DNA of 64,000 nucleotides from contig JAUWHZ010000024.1 in the NCBI GenBank assembly GCA_030605615.1, forward strand, positions 1,680 through 65,679. Direction: 5' to 3'. The translations under genes and the position numbers were made by a program. The notes beneath the pieces are model-generated. The model had not been told where the DNA came from and made no database searches. It worked only from the letters and a program-made list of their open reading frames with translations. Positions 30,611 to 40,520 of this stretch are shown here, piece by piece. The stretch is from Atribacterota bacterium. Its GTDB lineage: Bacteria > Atribacterota > Phoenicimicrobiia > Phoenicimicrobiales > Phoenicimicrobiaceae. How positions within the stretch are numbered: the first letter of the stretch is position 1; every line of letters starts with the position of its first letter.

Positions 30611-31321
30611 TCATCTATAATAACAATTAGACACATATCTTTTAGCTTTTTCAATTAATTCTTGTATCTCTTCAGCAGAATAAGGTATTATTTTTTGGAA
30701 AGAAGGCTCGAGAGTCTTTTCTAAAGGAGAGAAATTCTGTAAGACATACTTTTTTGCTCCCGAAAGATACTTAACAATTTTCATAATAGTTTCTTCTGTA
30801 TGTAGTAAAGGTACGACAGTAGTACGAAATTCATAGTCAATTTTGGAATTCATGATTAATTTAATACTATCTTTTACCCTCTCTAATAATATCTTATCCT
30901 TTATACCAGCTGCCTTGGAATAGTTATCAAAATCTAATGATGATTTGATATCCATAGCAATATAATCTACTAAACCCAAACCTAAAAGGTCTTCTAATAA
31001 TTTGGGATTAGCACCATTAGTGTCTAACTTAATTAAAAAACCTTCATCCTTGATTTCTTTAAAATATGAAGGTAAATCAGGGTATAATGTGGGCTCTCCC
31101 CCGCTCATACATATGCCATCAATAAAATCTTTTCTCTCTACGAGATAATTATTTATTTCTTGGAAAGGTATATTTTTGAAATTTTTGGGATGTAAAATCA
31201 AATCACAATTGTAACAATAGGGGCATCGAAAATTACACAAAGATACATATAAAGTAGATACAATTTTCCCCTCCCAATCGATTAAGGAGGTTTCGATCAT
31301 CTTCTTTATGGCAATATTCAA
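30611..31321 (-). CDS. nrdG: Anaerobic RNR activating radical-SAM enzyme
   Basis: CNFRCPYC, SGGEPT, KLDTNG and YEFRTT motifs; downstream of nrdD. Confidence 0.92.
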   Translation of the reverse strand: MNIAIKKMIETSLIDWEGKIVSTLYVSLCNFRCPYCYNCDLILHPKNFKNIPFQEINNYLVERKDFIDGICMSGGEPTLYPDLPSYFKEIKDEGFLIKLDTNGANPKLLEDLLGLGLVDYIAMDIKSSLDFDNYSKAAGIKDKILLERVKDSIKLIMNSKIDYEFRTTVVPLLHTEETIMKIVKYLSGAKKYVLQNFSPLEKTLEPSFQKIIPYSAEEIQELIEKAKRYVSNCYYR

Positions 31322-31572
31322 ATTACCGCTTCCTCTCTAATCTCTTTTAAATGAGGAGTCTCTCCTCTCCACACTCTAATCTCATTTTCATCATTGTCAA
31401 TAATTACAATGGAGGGAGTAGATAAAATGTTATGTAAACAAGCCTCAGTTAATCCGTCAACTGTATCTACATCGAAATATTGAACTGAAATCTCTTTTTC
31501 TAATTGTTTTCCTAAACTTCTCGCTTTCGGACAATTGGAACAATTTTTTTTCCAGAATATTTTTATCTTCAT
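31318..31572 (-). CDS. Thioredoxin-fold redoxin (NrdH-like)
   Basis: CSNC motif and cis-Pro STP, 84 aa, between nrdD and nrdG. Confidence 0.82.
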   Translation of the reverse strand: MKIKIFWKKNCSNCPKARSLGKQLEKEISVQYFDVDTVDGLTEACLHNILSTPSIVIIDNDENEIRVWRGETPHLKEIREEAVI

Positions 31573-31595
31573 TCTTTTTATGCTCTTTTTTAAAT

Positions 31596-34019
31596 TTAAT
31601 TCTGTACTTTATAATTTCCAGAACGTCTATCCTTTAACTCTCCAATTTTATTTTTATTCCAATTAGTTATTTTGCTATAATATCCTACTATCCTGGTAAC
31701 TCCATATACATCTTCACTTCCACAGTTATTACAATTTTCTGTTAATCCCCTGCTTACTTTACTACATAAATTACATACCGTGAATTCAGGAGAAATAGTA
31801 AGTTGAGAGCACTGAGTGTTTTCCCAAACTTTTTTTACTAAATTATAGATACTTTCAGCAGAAGGTTGACTTTCTCCTATAAAGGCATGAATTATTGCAC
31901 CACTCTTGATTAAGGGGTGAAACTTGCTTTGTTTGATAATCCGAGTAATTAAATCCACCTGAGCAGAGGCGGCAAAATGAATACTGTTAGTGTAATAACT
32001 TTCATCTAATTCAGAATTTCCTTTTATAACTTTTTTACCATTAGGGAATTCCTGTAAATCTATTTTAGCTAATCTTCCAGCAGCGCTTTCAGCTGGAGAT
32101 TCCTCTAAAGATAATTTTAAATCATACTTCTTGCTGTATTCTCTACATTTTAAACTCATAAAGGATACAGTTTTTAATGCTAACTTATAGGCATTTTCAC
32201 TTTCATGTAACTGTTTATCAGTAATATATTGAACTGCTTCATTCAATCCTATCAACCCTATTAAGTATGTTCCCTTATCTAAATCTACATAAGGACTACC
32301 ATCCTGAGCTATCTTCCCTATTTGCCATAAAGGTCCATCTGAATTTTCCATCATCATTTTTAAGAATTTTTTCTTTTGTAAATGGGCTTGAATAGCTAAC
32401 TTTAAAGCTTGGTTAACTTTTTTAAAAAATAAATCAATGCCCTTTATTTTACCATTATCTTTAAAAGAAGCATCAGAACTCCCTGCATTAGTAAAAGCCC
32501 TGTAAGCACATTGAGGCAGATTGATGGTAACATTTTGTATTCCTGCGAATCTTAATTTTTCTGGATGATATATCATTTCTTTATCAGTTATTCTTGTTTT
32601 TAAACGGCAACAGGCCGCTAAACTTATATCATCTCTATCAAAAATAAAATAGGGTGACCCATTTTCCGAAGCTATCTGGCAGGCATATTTTAATAATTTT
32701 TCCTGTTCGGGATCCTGAAAAGATTTATTATCAATATGTAAATCCATTTTGGGGAAAGCAAATACTTTTCCATTGCAATCGCCCTCTCTCCAGACTTCCA
32801 TCAAAGCCCTTAAAAATAATTGGGACTCTTTCTCGTATTCTCCATAATTTTTTCCGGTATATTCTCCACCTGGTCCAATTGCAGGCACATTTTTAAGGTA
32901 ATCTGGGATACTAAGATGAACATTAAAATCAAGAAAAAGACTTTGCCCTCCCCTTGAAAAGGCGTTTTGCGAACCGCTAAAAATTAAATATTGGGCTTCT
33001 TGTTTTATCTCTTTGAAAGATGAATTTACTAAAAAGGGGGCATACATAATATTTAAATATCCGATACCCAGTGCACCAGCATAATATGCTTGCATTGAAG
33101 CTAAAAAGGTATTTAAATGTCCGGTTAAAGTTCTGGTATGTCTTGCTGGGGATGAAGAGGTATCTAAATTATCTAATTCAAGACCATATTTTTTTAAATA
33201 TTCGAGAGAGTGACCGGAACAATAAATTCGGGGGTAACCTAAATCATGAATATGAATCCAACCTTTTAAATGAGCGTTAGCTACTTCCCGAGAAAATACC
33301 TCCTGCAACATATATTGTTTAATAGTATTTTCAGCGATAGTTAAATTAATCGCTTCCGGATTATTAGTTCCTATATTACTATTCTCTTTACTTTTGGATA
33401 AAAAAAGCTGTTTTAAGTCATAGGTGGGGATTCCAATGATTTTCTGTTTTCTCCATTTCTGTTCATATCCTCTGGTAAACAGTTCATTGTCCACTAATTC
33501 TCTAATCAAAGAGGTAGATATCTCTTTTAAATCTAAATCAAATATTTTTTCTTCCACTGCCTTGGCAATACTCATAGAAATGTCTAAAGGCAATTCTGCT
33601 TCCTTAACCAGAGCTTGAATAATTTTTTGTCTATCCCAGGGGAAAATACTCTCATAAGTTGTGGTAGAAACTAATAACGATAGATCAGTTACACTCTTAT
33701 GATTGTTTATTTCTTTTCTAACTTTTAATCTTTCTCTAATTTTGCTTCTCTTATTTCGATACAAAATATAGGTCTTTGCCACTTTTGTCATGCCTTTTCT
33801 TATCAATGACTCCTCTACTATATCTTGGACTTCTTCTACCTGGGGAATTTTATTTTTAAATATTTCTTCTAATTTGATGATTACCCGGTCAGTAATCTCT
33901 TCTGCGGTGGTCTGACTTTCTTCTCCAGCTGCCTGCATAGCAGCAAATATTGCTTCAACTATTTTCTTTCTGTTGAATTTTACTAAATGACCTTCTCTTT
34001 TTCTAATCGACTCTATCAT
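31596..34019 (-). CDS. nrdD: Class III ribonucleotide reductase with two ATP-cones
   Basis: IHIHDL, ACCRL, EESPAES, YYTNS, CxxC-CxxC and RIVGYY glycyl-radical loop. Confidence 0.96.
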   Translation of the reverse strand: MIESIRKREGHLVKFNRKKIVEAIFAAMQAAGEESQTTAEEITDRVIIKLEEIFKNKIPQVEEVQDIVEESLIRKGMTKVAKTYILYRNKRSKIRERLKVRKEINNHKSVTDLSLLVSTTTYESIFPWDRQKIIQALVKEAELPLDISMSIAKAVEEKIFDLDLKEISTSLIRELVDNELFTRGYEQKWRKQKIIGIPTYDLKQLFLSKSKENSNIGTNNPEAINLTIAENTIKQYMLQEVFSREVANAHLKGWIHIHDLGYPRIYCSGHSLEYLKKYGLELDNLDTSSSPARHTRTLTGHLNTFLASMQAYYAGALGIGYLNIMYAPFLVNSSFKEIKQEAQYLIFSGSQNAFSRGGQSLFLDFNVHLSIPDYLKNVPAIGPGGEYTGKNYGEYEKESQLFLRALMEVWREGDCNGKVFAFPKMDLHIDNKSFQDPEQEKLLKYACQIASENGSPYFIFDRDDISLAACCRLKTRITDKEMIYHPEKLRFAGIQNVTINLPQCAYRAFTNAGSSDASFKDNGKIKGIDLFFKKVNQALKLAIQAHLQKKKFLKMMMENSDGPLWQIGKIAQDGSPYVDLDKGTYLIGLIGLNEAVQYITDKQLHESENAYKLALKTVSFMSLKCREYSKKYDLKLSLEESPAESAAGRLAKIDLQEFPNGKKVIKGNSELDESYYTNSIHFAASAQVDLITRIIKQSKFHPLIKSGAIIHAFIGESQPSAESIYNLVKKVWENTQCSQLTISPEFTVCNLCSKVSRGLTENCNNCGSEDVYGVTRIVGYYSKITNWNKNKIGELKDRRSGNYKVQN

Positions 34020-34075
34020 TTTAAATCCCCCAATAGAATATATAGTGATAAAATTAATACAACTAAATTATTATT

Positions 34076-34525
34076 TTATCGATTAAGTTTCTTTATCTCT
34101 TTTACAAAACTACTCACATCTCTAAATTGTCTATATACAGAAGCAAATCTCACGTAAGCTACCTCATCTAAGATACGTAATTTGGAGATAATCAATTCAC
34201 CAATTGCGCTGCTCTTTACTTCATTTTCTCCTTCGGTTTTTATCGTTTCTTCTATATCACTTACTAATTTATTTATAGCTTCTATGCTAATCGGTCTCTT
34301 TTCGCAGGCTTTAATAATACCATTGGTTATCTTTTCTCGGGAAAAAGGCTCCCTGCGACCATCTTTCTTTATTACCATCAAAGGAATTAAATCTATTCTC
34401 TCGTAAGTAGTAAATCTTTTATTGCATTTTTTACAAATTCTTCTTCTTCTAATTACTAATTCATTCTCTATATGTCTGGATTCAATTACCCCGGTATCAT
34501 AATAACTACAAAAAGGACATTTCAT
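34076..34525 (-). CDS. nrdR: Transcriptional repressor NrdR
   Basis: MKCPFC, RRRRIC..C..RFTTYE and VAYVRFASVY motifs. Confidence 0.98.
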   Translation of the reverse strand: MKCPFCSYYDTGVIESRHIENELVIRRRRICKKCNKRFTTYERIDLIPLMVIKKDGRREPFSREKITNGIIKACEKRPISIEAINKLVSDIEETIKTEGENEVKSSAIGELIISKLRILDEVAYVRFASVYRQFRDVSSFVKEIKKLNR

Positions 34526-34531
34526 TTTATA

Positions 34532-34606
34532 CCCCTATATGTAGGATTATATTTATAATAATACACTAAATATGGGAAGTCAAGGGGAAATCGCTATATA
34601 TTTTGT
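34532..34606 (-). promoter_or_regulatory. nrdR-nrdD promoter overlapped by tandem NrdR boxes
   Basis: TTGACT-17-TATTAT promoter. NrdR-box-like 16-mers at 34532 (CCCCTATATGTAGGAT) and 34563 (ACACTAAATATGGGAA) are 31 bp apart; a weaker third lies at 34591. Confidence 0.65.
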
Positions 34607-34622
34607 AGATTTATAAAAAAAT

Positions 34623-34652
34623 AAAAAACCCGCAATTTTTAGTTACGGGCTT
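34623..34652 (-). terminator. Intrinsic terminator after ftsZ
   Basis: cccgtaa..ttgcggg stem plus T-tract on the minus strand. Confidence 0.75.
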
Positions 34653-34697
34653 ATCTAACATATATTCTTAACTATTAATTTTAGGTAGAATCCTATT

Positions 34698-35756
34698 TTA
34701 TTTTTTCTCTCTTAAAAAAGTGGGAATTTCTAAATCATTATAACTTATTTTTTCTTCACTTAGATCAATTTCCTCTAATTTATGAACTTCTCTTTTCTTC
34801 TCTAAAGTTTCAAATCCGGCAGCAATTACTGTAATCTTAACTTCATCATTCAATTCTTTATTAATTACTGCTCCAAAAATAATATTTGCTTCAGGATTAG
34901 CAGCCTTAGAAATTATTTCAGCAGCTTTATTAACTTCATATAAAGCTAAATTTGAGCTTCCACTAATGTTAAATAATATCCCTTTGGCTCCTTCGATACT
35001 TGTCTCTAAAATTGGGCTATTTATAGCTCTTTGTGCTGCCTTTACAGCTCGATTTTCACCACTGGCTTTTCCCATTCCCATTATAGCTGTCCCGGCATTT
35101 TCTATAATCATTTTTACATCAGCAAAGTCTACATTTATTAGACCGGGCTCAATTACAATATCTGTAATTCCATGAATTCCATGTAATAGAACTTCATCTG
35201 CAATTTTAAAAGCCTCCAATATAGAAGTATTTTCATCAACTACTTGAAGTAACCTATCATTGGGAATTACAATTAAAGTATCAACACATTCTTTTAATAA
35301 TTTAATCCCTTCTTCAGCTTGTCTCATTCTTCTGTGACCTTCAAAAGAAAAAGGTTTAGTCACTACTCCAACTGTTAATGCACCTAAATCTTTAGATAAT
35401 TGGGCGATAATTGGGGCTCCACCAGTTCCAGTTCCACCTCCCATGCCTGCTGTGATAAATACCATTTCTGCGCCTTCTAAAGCTTTTGATATTTTATCTT
35501 TATCTTCTTCTGCAGCTTGACGACCAATTTCCGGGTTTGATCCGCTACCTAATCCCTTAGTTATATTACTACCAATTTGTATTTTCTGTTCTGCATTAGA
35601 AAAGGCCAATACCTGGGCATCAGTATTGGTGGAAATATATTTAACCCCCTGTAATTTTGCTTCAATCATTCTATTAACCGCATTTCCGCCGCCGCCGCCC
35701 ACACCAATAACTTTTATCTCTACAAACTGTCCTACTTTATTGTCAAGGCTAAACAA
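34698..35756 (-). CDS. ftsZ: Cell division protein FtsZ
   Basis: GGGTGTG, INVDFAD and C-terminal EIPTFLR motifs. Confidence 0.99.
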   Translation of the reverse strand: MFSLDNKVGQFVEIKVIGVGGGGGNAVNRMIEAKLQGVKYISTNTDAQVLAFSNAEQKIQIGSNITKGLGSGSNPEIGRQAAEEDKDKISKALEGAEMVFITAGMGGGTGTGGAPIIAQLSKDLGALTVGVVTKPFSFEGHRRMRQAEEGIKLLKECVDTLIVIPNDRLLQVVDENTSILEAFKIADEVLLHGIHGITDIVIEPGLINVDFADVKMIIENAGTAIMGMGKASGENRAVKAAQRAINSPILETSIEGAKGILFNISGSSNLALYEVNKAAEIISKAANPEANIIFGAVINKELNDEVKITVIAAGFETLEKKREVHKLEEIDLSEEKISYNDLEIPTFLREKK

Positions 35757-35814
35757 CTTATAACCTCCTCACAAAATAATAAAATGATAATTTATTTAAA
35801 AATGGCAAAACCAA

Positions 35815-37053
35815 TTAAAAAAAATCTTTTAACCAGCTAATTATTCTTCCAAAAAAATTCCTTAATCCTGTTTTTCTTTTAGATATTTTATAAGATCTTC
35901 CGATAGAATATTTTTCAGTAGCATAACTCAACAATCCAATTGCTGCAGAATAGGAAGGGTCATTCACCATATCGGCTAATTCTCCCTCATAATGGGGTCC
36001 CCCTAATCGAGAGGGTAAATTTAGAACCTGTTCAGCAATTTCTGAAATACCTGGCAATAAAGAACTCCCTCCGGTAATAACTACTCCTCCGGGAATCATA
36101 TCATAATAACCAGACTTCTTAAGCTCAACTCGTACTAAGCTAAATATCTCACTAACCCGAGGTTCAATAATCTCTACCAGGTATTTCTTGGAAACAGTGT
36201 GTTTATCCTTTCCATTAATACTGGAAATTTCTACTACTCTTTCGGGAGAAACAATATTTTCAACCGTACTTCCATAATTAATTTTTATCTTCTCAGCTTC
36301 ATCTATTGAAGTTCTTAACCCAATAGCTAAATCATTAGTAATTTGATTGCCTCCTACCGGTAGAACCGCAGAGTAAGCCAATCCTCCTTCTATAAAAATT
36401 GCTATTTCAGTCGTTCCGGCACCAATATCAACTAACATAGAACCCAGCTCTTTTTCAGCATTACTTAAAATTGCATTGCTGGAAGCTAAAGTCCCAAATA
36501 TAATTTCTTCAATGTCTATCCCTGCTCCTTCTATACACCTGATTAGGTTTTGTACAATGGTAATTGAGCCAGTTATAATATGGACCTTGCACTCTAATCT
36601 TGTGCCAGACATTCCCAGGGGGTCTACTATTCCACTTTGTCCATCTACTATAAATTCACGACTTAGTGTGTGAATTAATTCTTTCTCGGGGGAAACTATC
36701 CCCGCTTTAGCTGCTTCTATAACCTTTTCGATATCCCTTTCTGTAATTTCTGGAGATTCTCCAGAAATTGCGATAACCCCCTTGCTGTTTGTTGATGCTA
36801 TATGACTTCCTGTAATAGAAATAAGAGCAGAATTAATGCGGGCTCCTGCCATACGTTCAGAATTTTCAATAGACTGTTTTACTGATTGAATAGCTTGATC
36901 TAAGTCTATAATTACTCCCTTTTTCACTCCTAAGGAGGGGGCTGTACCTATTCCAATTATTTCTATTTGATCATCTTCGCCTAATTCGCCTATAACTGTA
37001 CAAACTTTTACTGTGCCAACATCTAAACCGACAATTATTTCATCTTTTCCCAT
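35815..37053 (-). CDS. ftsA: Cell division protein FtsA
   Basis: GLDVGT, DIGAGTT and TGG motifs; start reassigned to ATG 37053 behind AAGGAGGT. Confidence 0.97.
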   Translation of the reverse strand: MGKDEIIVGLDVGTVKVCTVIGELGEDDQIEIIGIGTAPSLGVKKGVIIDLDQAIQSVKQSIENSERMAGARINSALISITGSHIASTNSKGVIAISGESPEITERDIEKVIEAAKAGIVSPEKELIHTLSREFIVDGQSGIVDPLGMSGTRLECKVHIITGSITIVQNLIRCIEGAGIDIEEIIFGTLASSNAILSNAEKELGSMLVDIGAGTTEIAIFIEGGLAYSAVLPVGGNQITNDLAIGLRTSIDEAEKIKINYGSTVENIVSPERVVEISSINGKDKHTVSKKYLVEIIEPRVSEIFSLVRVELKKSGYYDMIPGGVVITGGSSLLPGISEIAEQVLNLPSRLGGPHYEGELADMVNDPSYSAAIGLLSYATEKYSIGRSYKISKRKTGLRNFFGRIISWLKDFF

Positions 37054-37137
37054 ATTTATAACCTCCTTCATACTTTTAATATCATACACCACTAATTAAT
37101 TAAAGTAAATAAAGTAATTATTTTTGTCTGATAAATA

Positions 37138-37935
37138 CTAATTCTTGACTTTTATTATTACACTATCTTTAAAACGCATATCTATATATTCTACTGCTAA
37201 TTTCTCTTTATCAATTTTTCCCAAAGCTTCTCTTAGTAAATTTCCCTTATTAATAATCTCCTCTGGTTTGTTTACTCTAACCTTTAAGGTATCATCTATA
37301 TTAAAAAGTAAAAAATCATCTAAAGCAAATATTTTAACTTTATAAAATTCCCTGGGTAATATTATATTTGCAGAATTAATAATTTCTAATGCTATTCTAA
37401 ATTCAGGTTCCTTTATAGTCTCACCAATTTTTACTTCAGAAACTTTTAATCCTGATATAAGAGGTATACTCAATCCTTCTGGTTTATCAATCTTAGATAA
37501 TACCATCCCTTCTTTGCTTAAAATAAAATATTCTTCGTTAATATATACAATTGCTGCTGCTTCTCTTTCTTTTAAGGAAATTATAATTTTGTTAGGTATT
37601 ATTCGTTTTATTTCTAATTCTTTTATCCAGGGCTCTTGTGTTAAAGAGTCTATAGGTTTTTTTAAATCTAACTTAAAGATATTTTCTCCTAATTTTATTT
37701 GAGATTTGGAAAATATTTCATCTTTGTTCAGATAATCATTTCCTTTAATAACAACTTCTTCAATATTGCAATATCTTGAATTAAACATAAAATTAAAAAA
37801 ATTCCAACTTAGAAAACCTATAATCAAATAAAAAATTAATATTTTGGTTATTTTTACTCCAAAATGTTGACTCTTCTCGCCTTCTTCCTCCTCCTCTAAT
37901 TCCATCCCTTCTTCATTTTCGTCAGTTATTTTCAT
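37138..37935 (-). CDS. ftsQ: Cell division protein FtsQ/DivIB
   Basis: Single TM helix, POTRA domain, C-terminal YIDMRF; dcw position. Confidence 0.9.
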   Translation of the reverse strand: MKITDENEEGMELEEEEEGEKSQHFGVKITKILIFYLIIGFLSWNFFNFMFNSRYCNIEEVVIKGNDYLNKDEIFSKSQIKLGENIFKLDLKKPIDSLTQEPWIKELEIKRIIPNKIIISLKEREAAAIVYINEEYFILSKEGMVLSKIDKPEGLSIPLISGLKVSEVKIGETIKEPEFRIALEIINSANIILPREFYKVKIFALDDFLLFNIDDTLKVRVNKPEEIINKGNLLREALGKIDKEKLAVEYIDMRFKDSVIIKVKN

Positions 37936-37956
37936 CTACCCGGTCTCCGTTTTAAA

Positions 37957-38023
37957 CTATATACGATATACAAAATACGATATACGAAATTATTCTGGCT
38001 TCTGCTTTCTTCACGAGATACGA
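37957..38023. repeat. Heptamer array with ttctggc unit
   Basis: atacgat atacaaa atacgat atacgaa ... ttctggcttctg ... tcacgagatacg. Confidence 0.6.
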
Positions 38024-38029
38024 TTTTAT

Positions 38030-38944
38030 TTATGGTTCGCCCAGGATTTGTATTTCACGAACTAATTTTATTCCAAAAATATTCTTTACTCTTTTCTCTA
38101 TTTCTTCAATTAAATATAAGACATCTCTTGCTGTGGCATTTCCATTATTTATTATAAAATTAGCATGCTTGTTCGATACAGCAGCTTTCCCTTGAGAAAG
38201 TCCCTTTGCTCCTACCTTTTCTATTAATTCTCCAGCATAATAACTTGGAGGATTTTTAAATATACTACCTGCGCTTAATTTATCTACGGGTTGTTTAACC
38301 TCTCTTATTTTAATATATTCTTTTATTATTGATTCTATTTTTTCTTTATTCCCCTCTTTTAATTGCAGGGTTACTTCTAAAATTATAACCGATTTATCTT
38401 TCAAATTACATTCCCGGTATTTAAAATTCAAACCAGGCGGAGGTACGCTTTCTATCTTTTTTTCTTTAGTTAAAAAAGTCACGCTTTGTACTATATCCGC
38501 CATACAATTTCCGTTAAAACCGGCGTTGTTAATTATTGCTCCCCCTAAAGTTCCCGGGATATTACAGGCAAATTCTAATCCACTCAATCCTCTATTTAAA
38601 GTAATTCTTCCTAAATATAACAAAGACGTTCCCGCACCTACTTTTACAATTTTATCAATAAAATTCATTTTTTTGAAACCTTTGCCAAGCTTAATTACTA
38701 TCCCTCTTACCCCTTTATCCAAGACTAATAAATTTGTTCCATTCCCAATAACCCAAAAAGGAATATTAAATTTTTGAGAAATAGATATTATCTTCATTAA
38801 CTCTTCAATATCATTAGGGATACAAAAAATATCCGCAGGCCCACCAATTTTTAATGAAGTGTGATTCATTAATGGTTCCTTAAATTTAACTACTTTTTCA
38901 ATTCCCTTTTTTATAAATTCATTATTTATAACATATGTATTCAT
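38030..38944 (-). CDS. murB: UDP-N-acetylenolpyruvoylglucosamine reductase
   Basis: HTSLKIGG, GNGTNLL, IPGTLGG, SAGSIFKNP and HANFI motifs. Confidence 0.96.
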   Translation of the reverse strand: MNTYVINNEFIKKGIEKVVKFKEPLMNHTSLKIGGPADIFCIPNDIEELMKIISISQKFNIPFWVIGNGTNLLVLDKGVRGIVIKLGKGFKKMNFIDKIVKVGAGTSLLYLGRITLNRGLSGLEFACNIPGTLGGAIINNAGFNGNCMADIVQSVTFLTKEKKIESVPPPGLNFKYRECNLKDKSVIILEVTLQLKEGNKEKIESIIKEYIKIREVKQPVDKLSAGSIFKNPPSYYAGELIEKVGAKGLSQGKAAVSNKHANFIINNGNATARDVLYLIEEIEKRVKNIFGIKLVREIQILGEP

Positions 38945-38954
38945 TCTTAATAAA

Positions 38955-40343
38955 CTAAAATACCTTTGTTTTCTTTAATTTTTTAGCTAATTTCTGACTA
39001 ATAGTCCAGACATCTCCTGCTCCCATAGTTATTATTATATCTCCAGGTTGAATATTTTCATACAAATAATCTATGGTATTATTTTTGGAAGGTATATATT
39101 TTAAATGGCTATGGTTAGCTTTTTTAATTTCATTAAATATCGTTCTACCGCTAATTCCCAATATTGGTGGCTCATTAGCAGCATATACATCATTGATAAT
39201 CACTCTATCAGCATCAAAAAACACTTTACCGAACTTTTCTGCCAAAAGTTTAGTCCTTGTATATCTATGAGGTTGAAAGACTACTATTATTCTTCTATTT
39301 TTCCAACTATGTTTTATAGCGTTTAAAGTAACCTTGATCTCGGTGGGATGATGGGCATAATCATCCATAATTAATATTTCATCATCAATATTAATTACAA
39401 CTTCCATTCTTCTTTGAACTCCTTGATAGGCCTCTAATATCTTGGTGATTTCAATAAAGTTCATTCCCAATTCCTTGGCAACAGCAATTGCTGCTAAGGA
39501 ATTTAAAATATTGTGGTGTCCAGCAACATTTAAATAGAGCTCTCCCATTTTTTTATTTCGCCAATATATCTGTGATTTAGAATTTAATTTATTTAATTCT
39601 ATTTCTTTAGCCATAATATCTGCATCTAAAGATATTCCATAAGTAATGTATTTTTTTCTATAACCTTTTATTAATCTCCTTATGTTTTCACAATCTTTAC
39701 ACAAGATTACACTTCCGTTATCAGGAATTTTATTAATAAATTTTTTAAAATCTTTTAAAACATTTTCTAAATTTTTATAATGATCCAGATGGTCATCTTC
39801 AATATTAGTAACTACTACTAACGAGGGATTTAATTTTAAAAATGAACCATCACTCTCATCAGCTTCTGCAACTACACATCTTCCAAATCCTAATTTTGCA
39901 TTGCCTTGAATATCGTTTACTTCTCCTCCTATTATCACTGTAGGATCAAAGCCACTTTTTTCTAATAATAGGCTTATCATTGAAGTAGTGGTTGTTTTGC
40001 CATGTGTGCCTGCAACGGCTATACCATATTTATGTTCCATAATTTTAGCCAACATTTCAGCTCTCTTGATTATTTTAATATTTTCCTTTATAGCACCTTC
40101 TATTTCTGGATTAGATTCAGGAATTGCTGATGAAACTACTACTAAATTAACCCCTTTTATATTATCTCTACTATGACCTTTAAAAATCGTTGCTCCTTTG
40201 TCTGTTAATCTCTTGGTTATCTTCGAAGGCGTAATATCAGAACCACTAATTCTATAACCTAAATCAAGAAGGATCGAAGCCAATCCGCTCATCCCAGATC
40301 CGCCTATACCTATAAGATGTATATGTAGTTTCTTTTTATTCAT
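38955..40343 (-). CDS. murC: UDP-MurNAc-L-alanine ligase
   Basis: GIGGSGMS, GTHGKTTT, EADESD, DDYAHHP and FQPHRYTR motifs. Confidence 0.98.
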   Translation of the reverse strand: MNKKKLHIHLIGIGGSGMSGLASILLDLGYRISGSDITPSKITKRLTDKGATIFKGHSRDNIKGVNLVVVSSAIPESNPEIEGAIKENIKIIKRAEMLAKIMEHKYGIAVAGTHGKTTTTSMISLLLEKSGFDPTVIIGGEVNDIQGNAKLGFGRCVVAEADESDGSFLKLNPSLVVVTNIEDDHLDHYKNLENVLKDFKKFINKIPDNGSVILCKDCENIRRLIKGYRKKYITYGISLDADIMAKEIELNKLNSKSQIYWRNKKMGELYLNVAGHHNILNSLAAIAVAKELGMNFIEITKILEAYQGVQRRMEVVINIDDEILIMDDYAHHPTEIKVTLNAIKHSWKNRRIIVVFQPHRYTRTKLLAEKFGKVFFDADRVIINDVYAANEPPILGISGRTIFNEIKKANHSHLKYIPSKNNTIDYLYENIQPGDIIITMGAGDVWTISQKLAKKLKKTKVF

Positions 40344-40365
40344 TAACTATAACTCCACCTTTATT

Positions 40366-40455
40366 CGTATGTCGTATATCGTATTTCGTATATCGTAAAA
40401 GTAAGGCGAAAAGCAACTTTTAAAAACGATATATGATATACGCAAACTATATACT
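40366..40455. repeat. Inverted heptamer arms
   Basis: cgtatgt cgtatat cgtattt cgtatat cgt ... acgatat atgatat acgcaa actatat act. Confidence 0.75.
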
Positions 40456-40464
40456 GTTTTATAT

Positions 40465-40492
40465 ATTCAACAAAAAATTATGATCTTCCTGC
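40465..40492 (-). promoter_or_regulatory. SigH-like internal promoter upstream of murC
   Basis: GCAGGA-18 nt-GAAT. Confidence 0.5.
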
Positions 40493-40520
40493 TCTATTTG
40501 TAAAATATCTCTTATATTTT

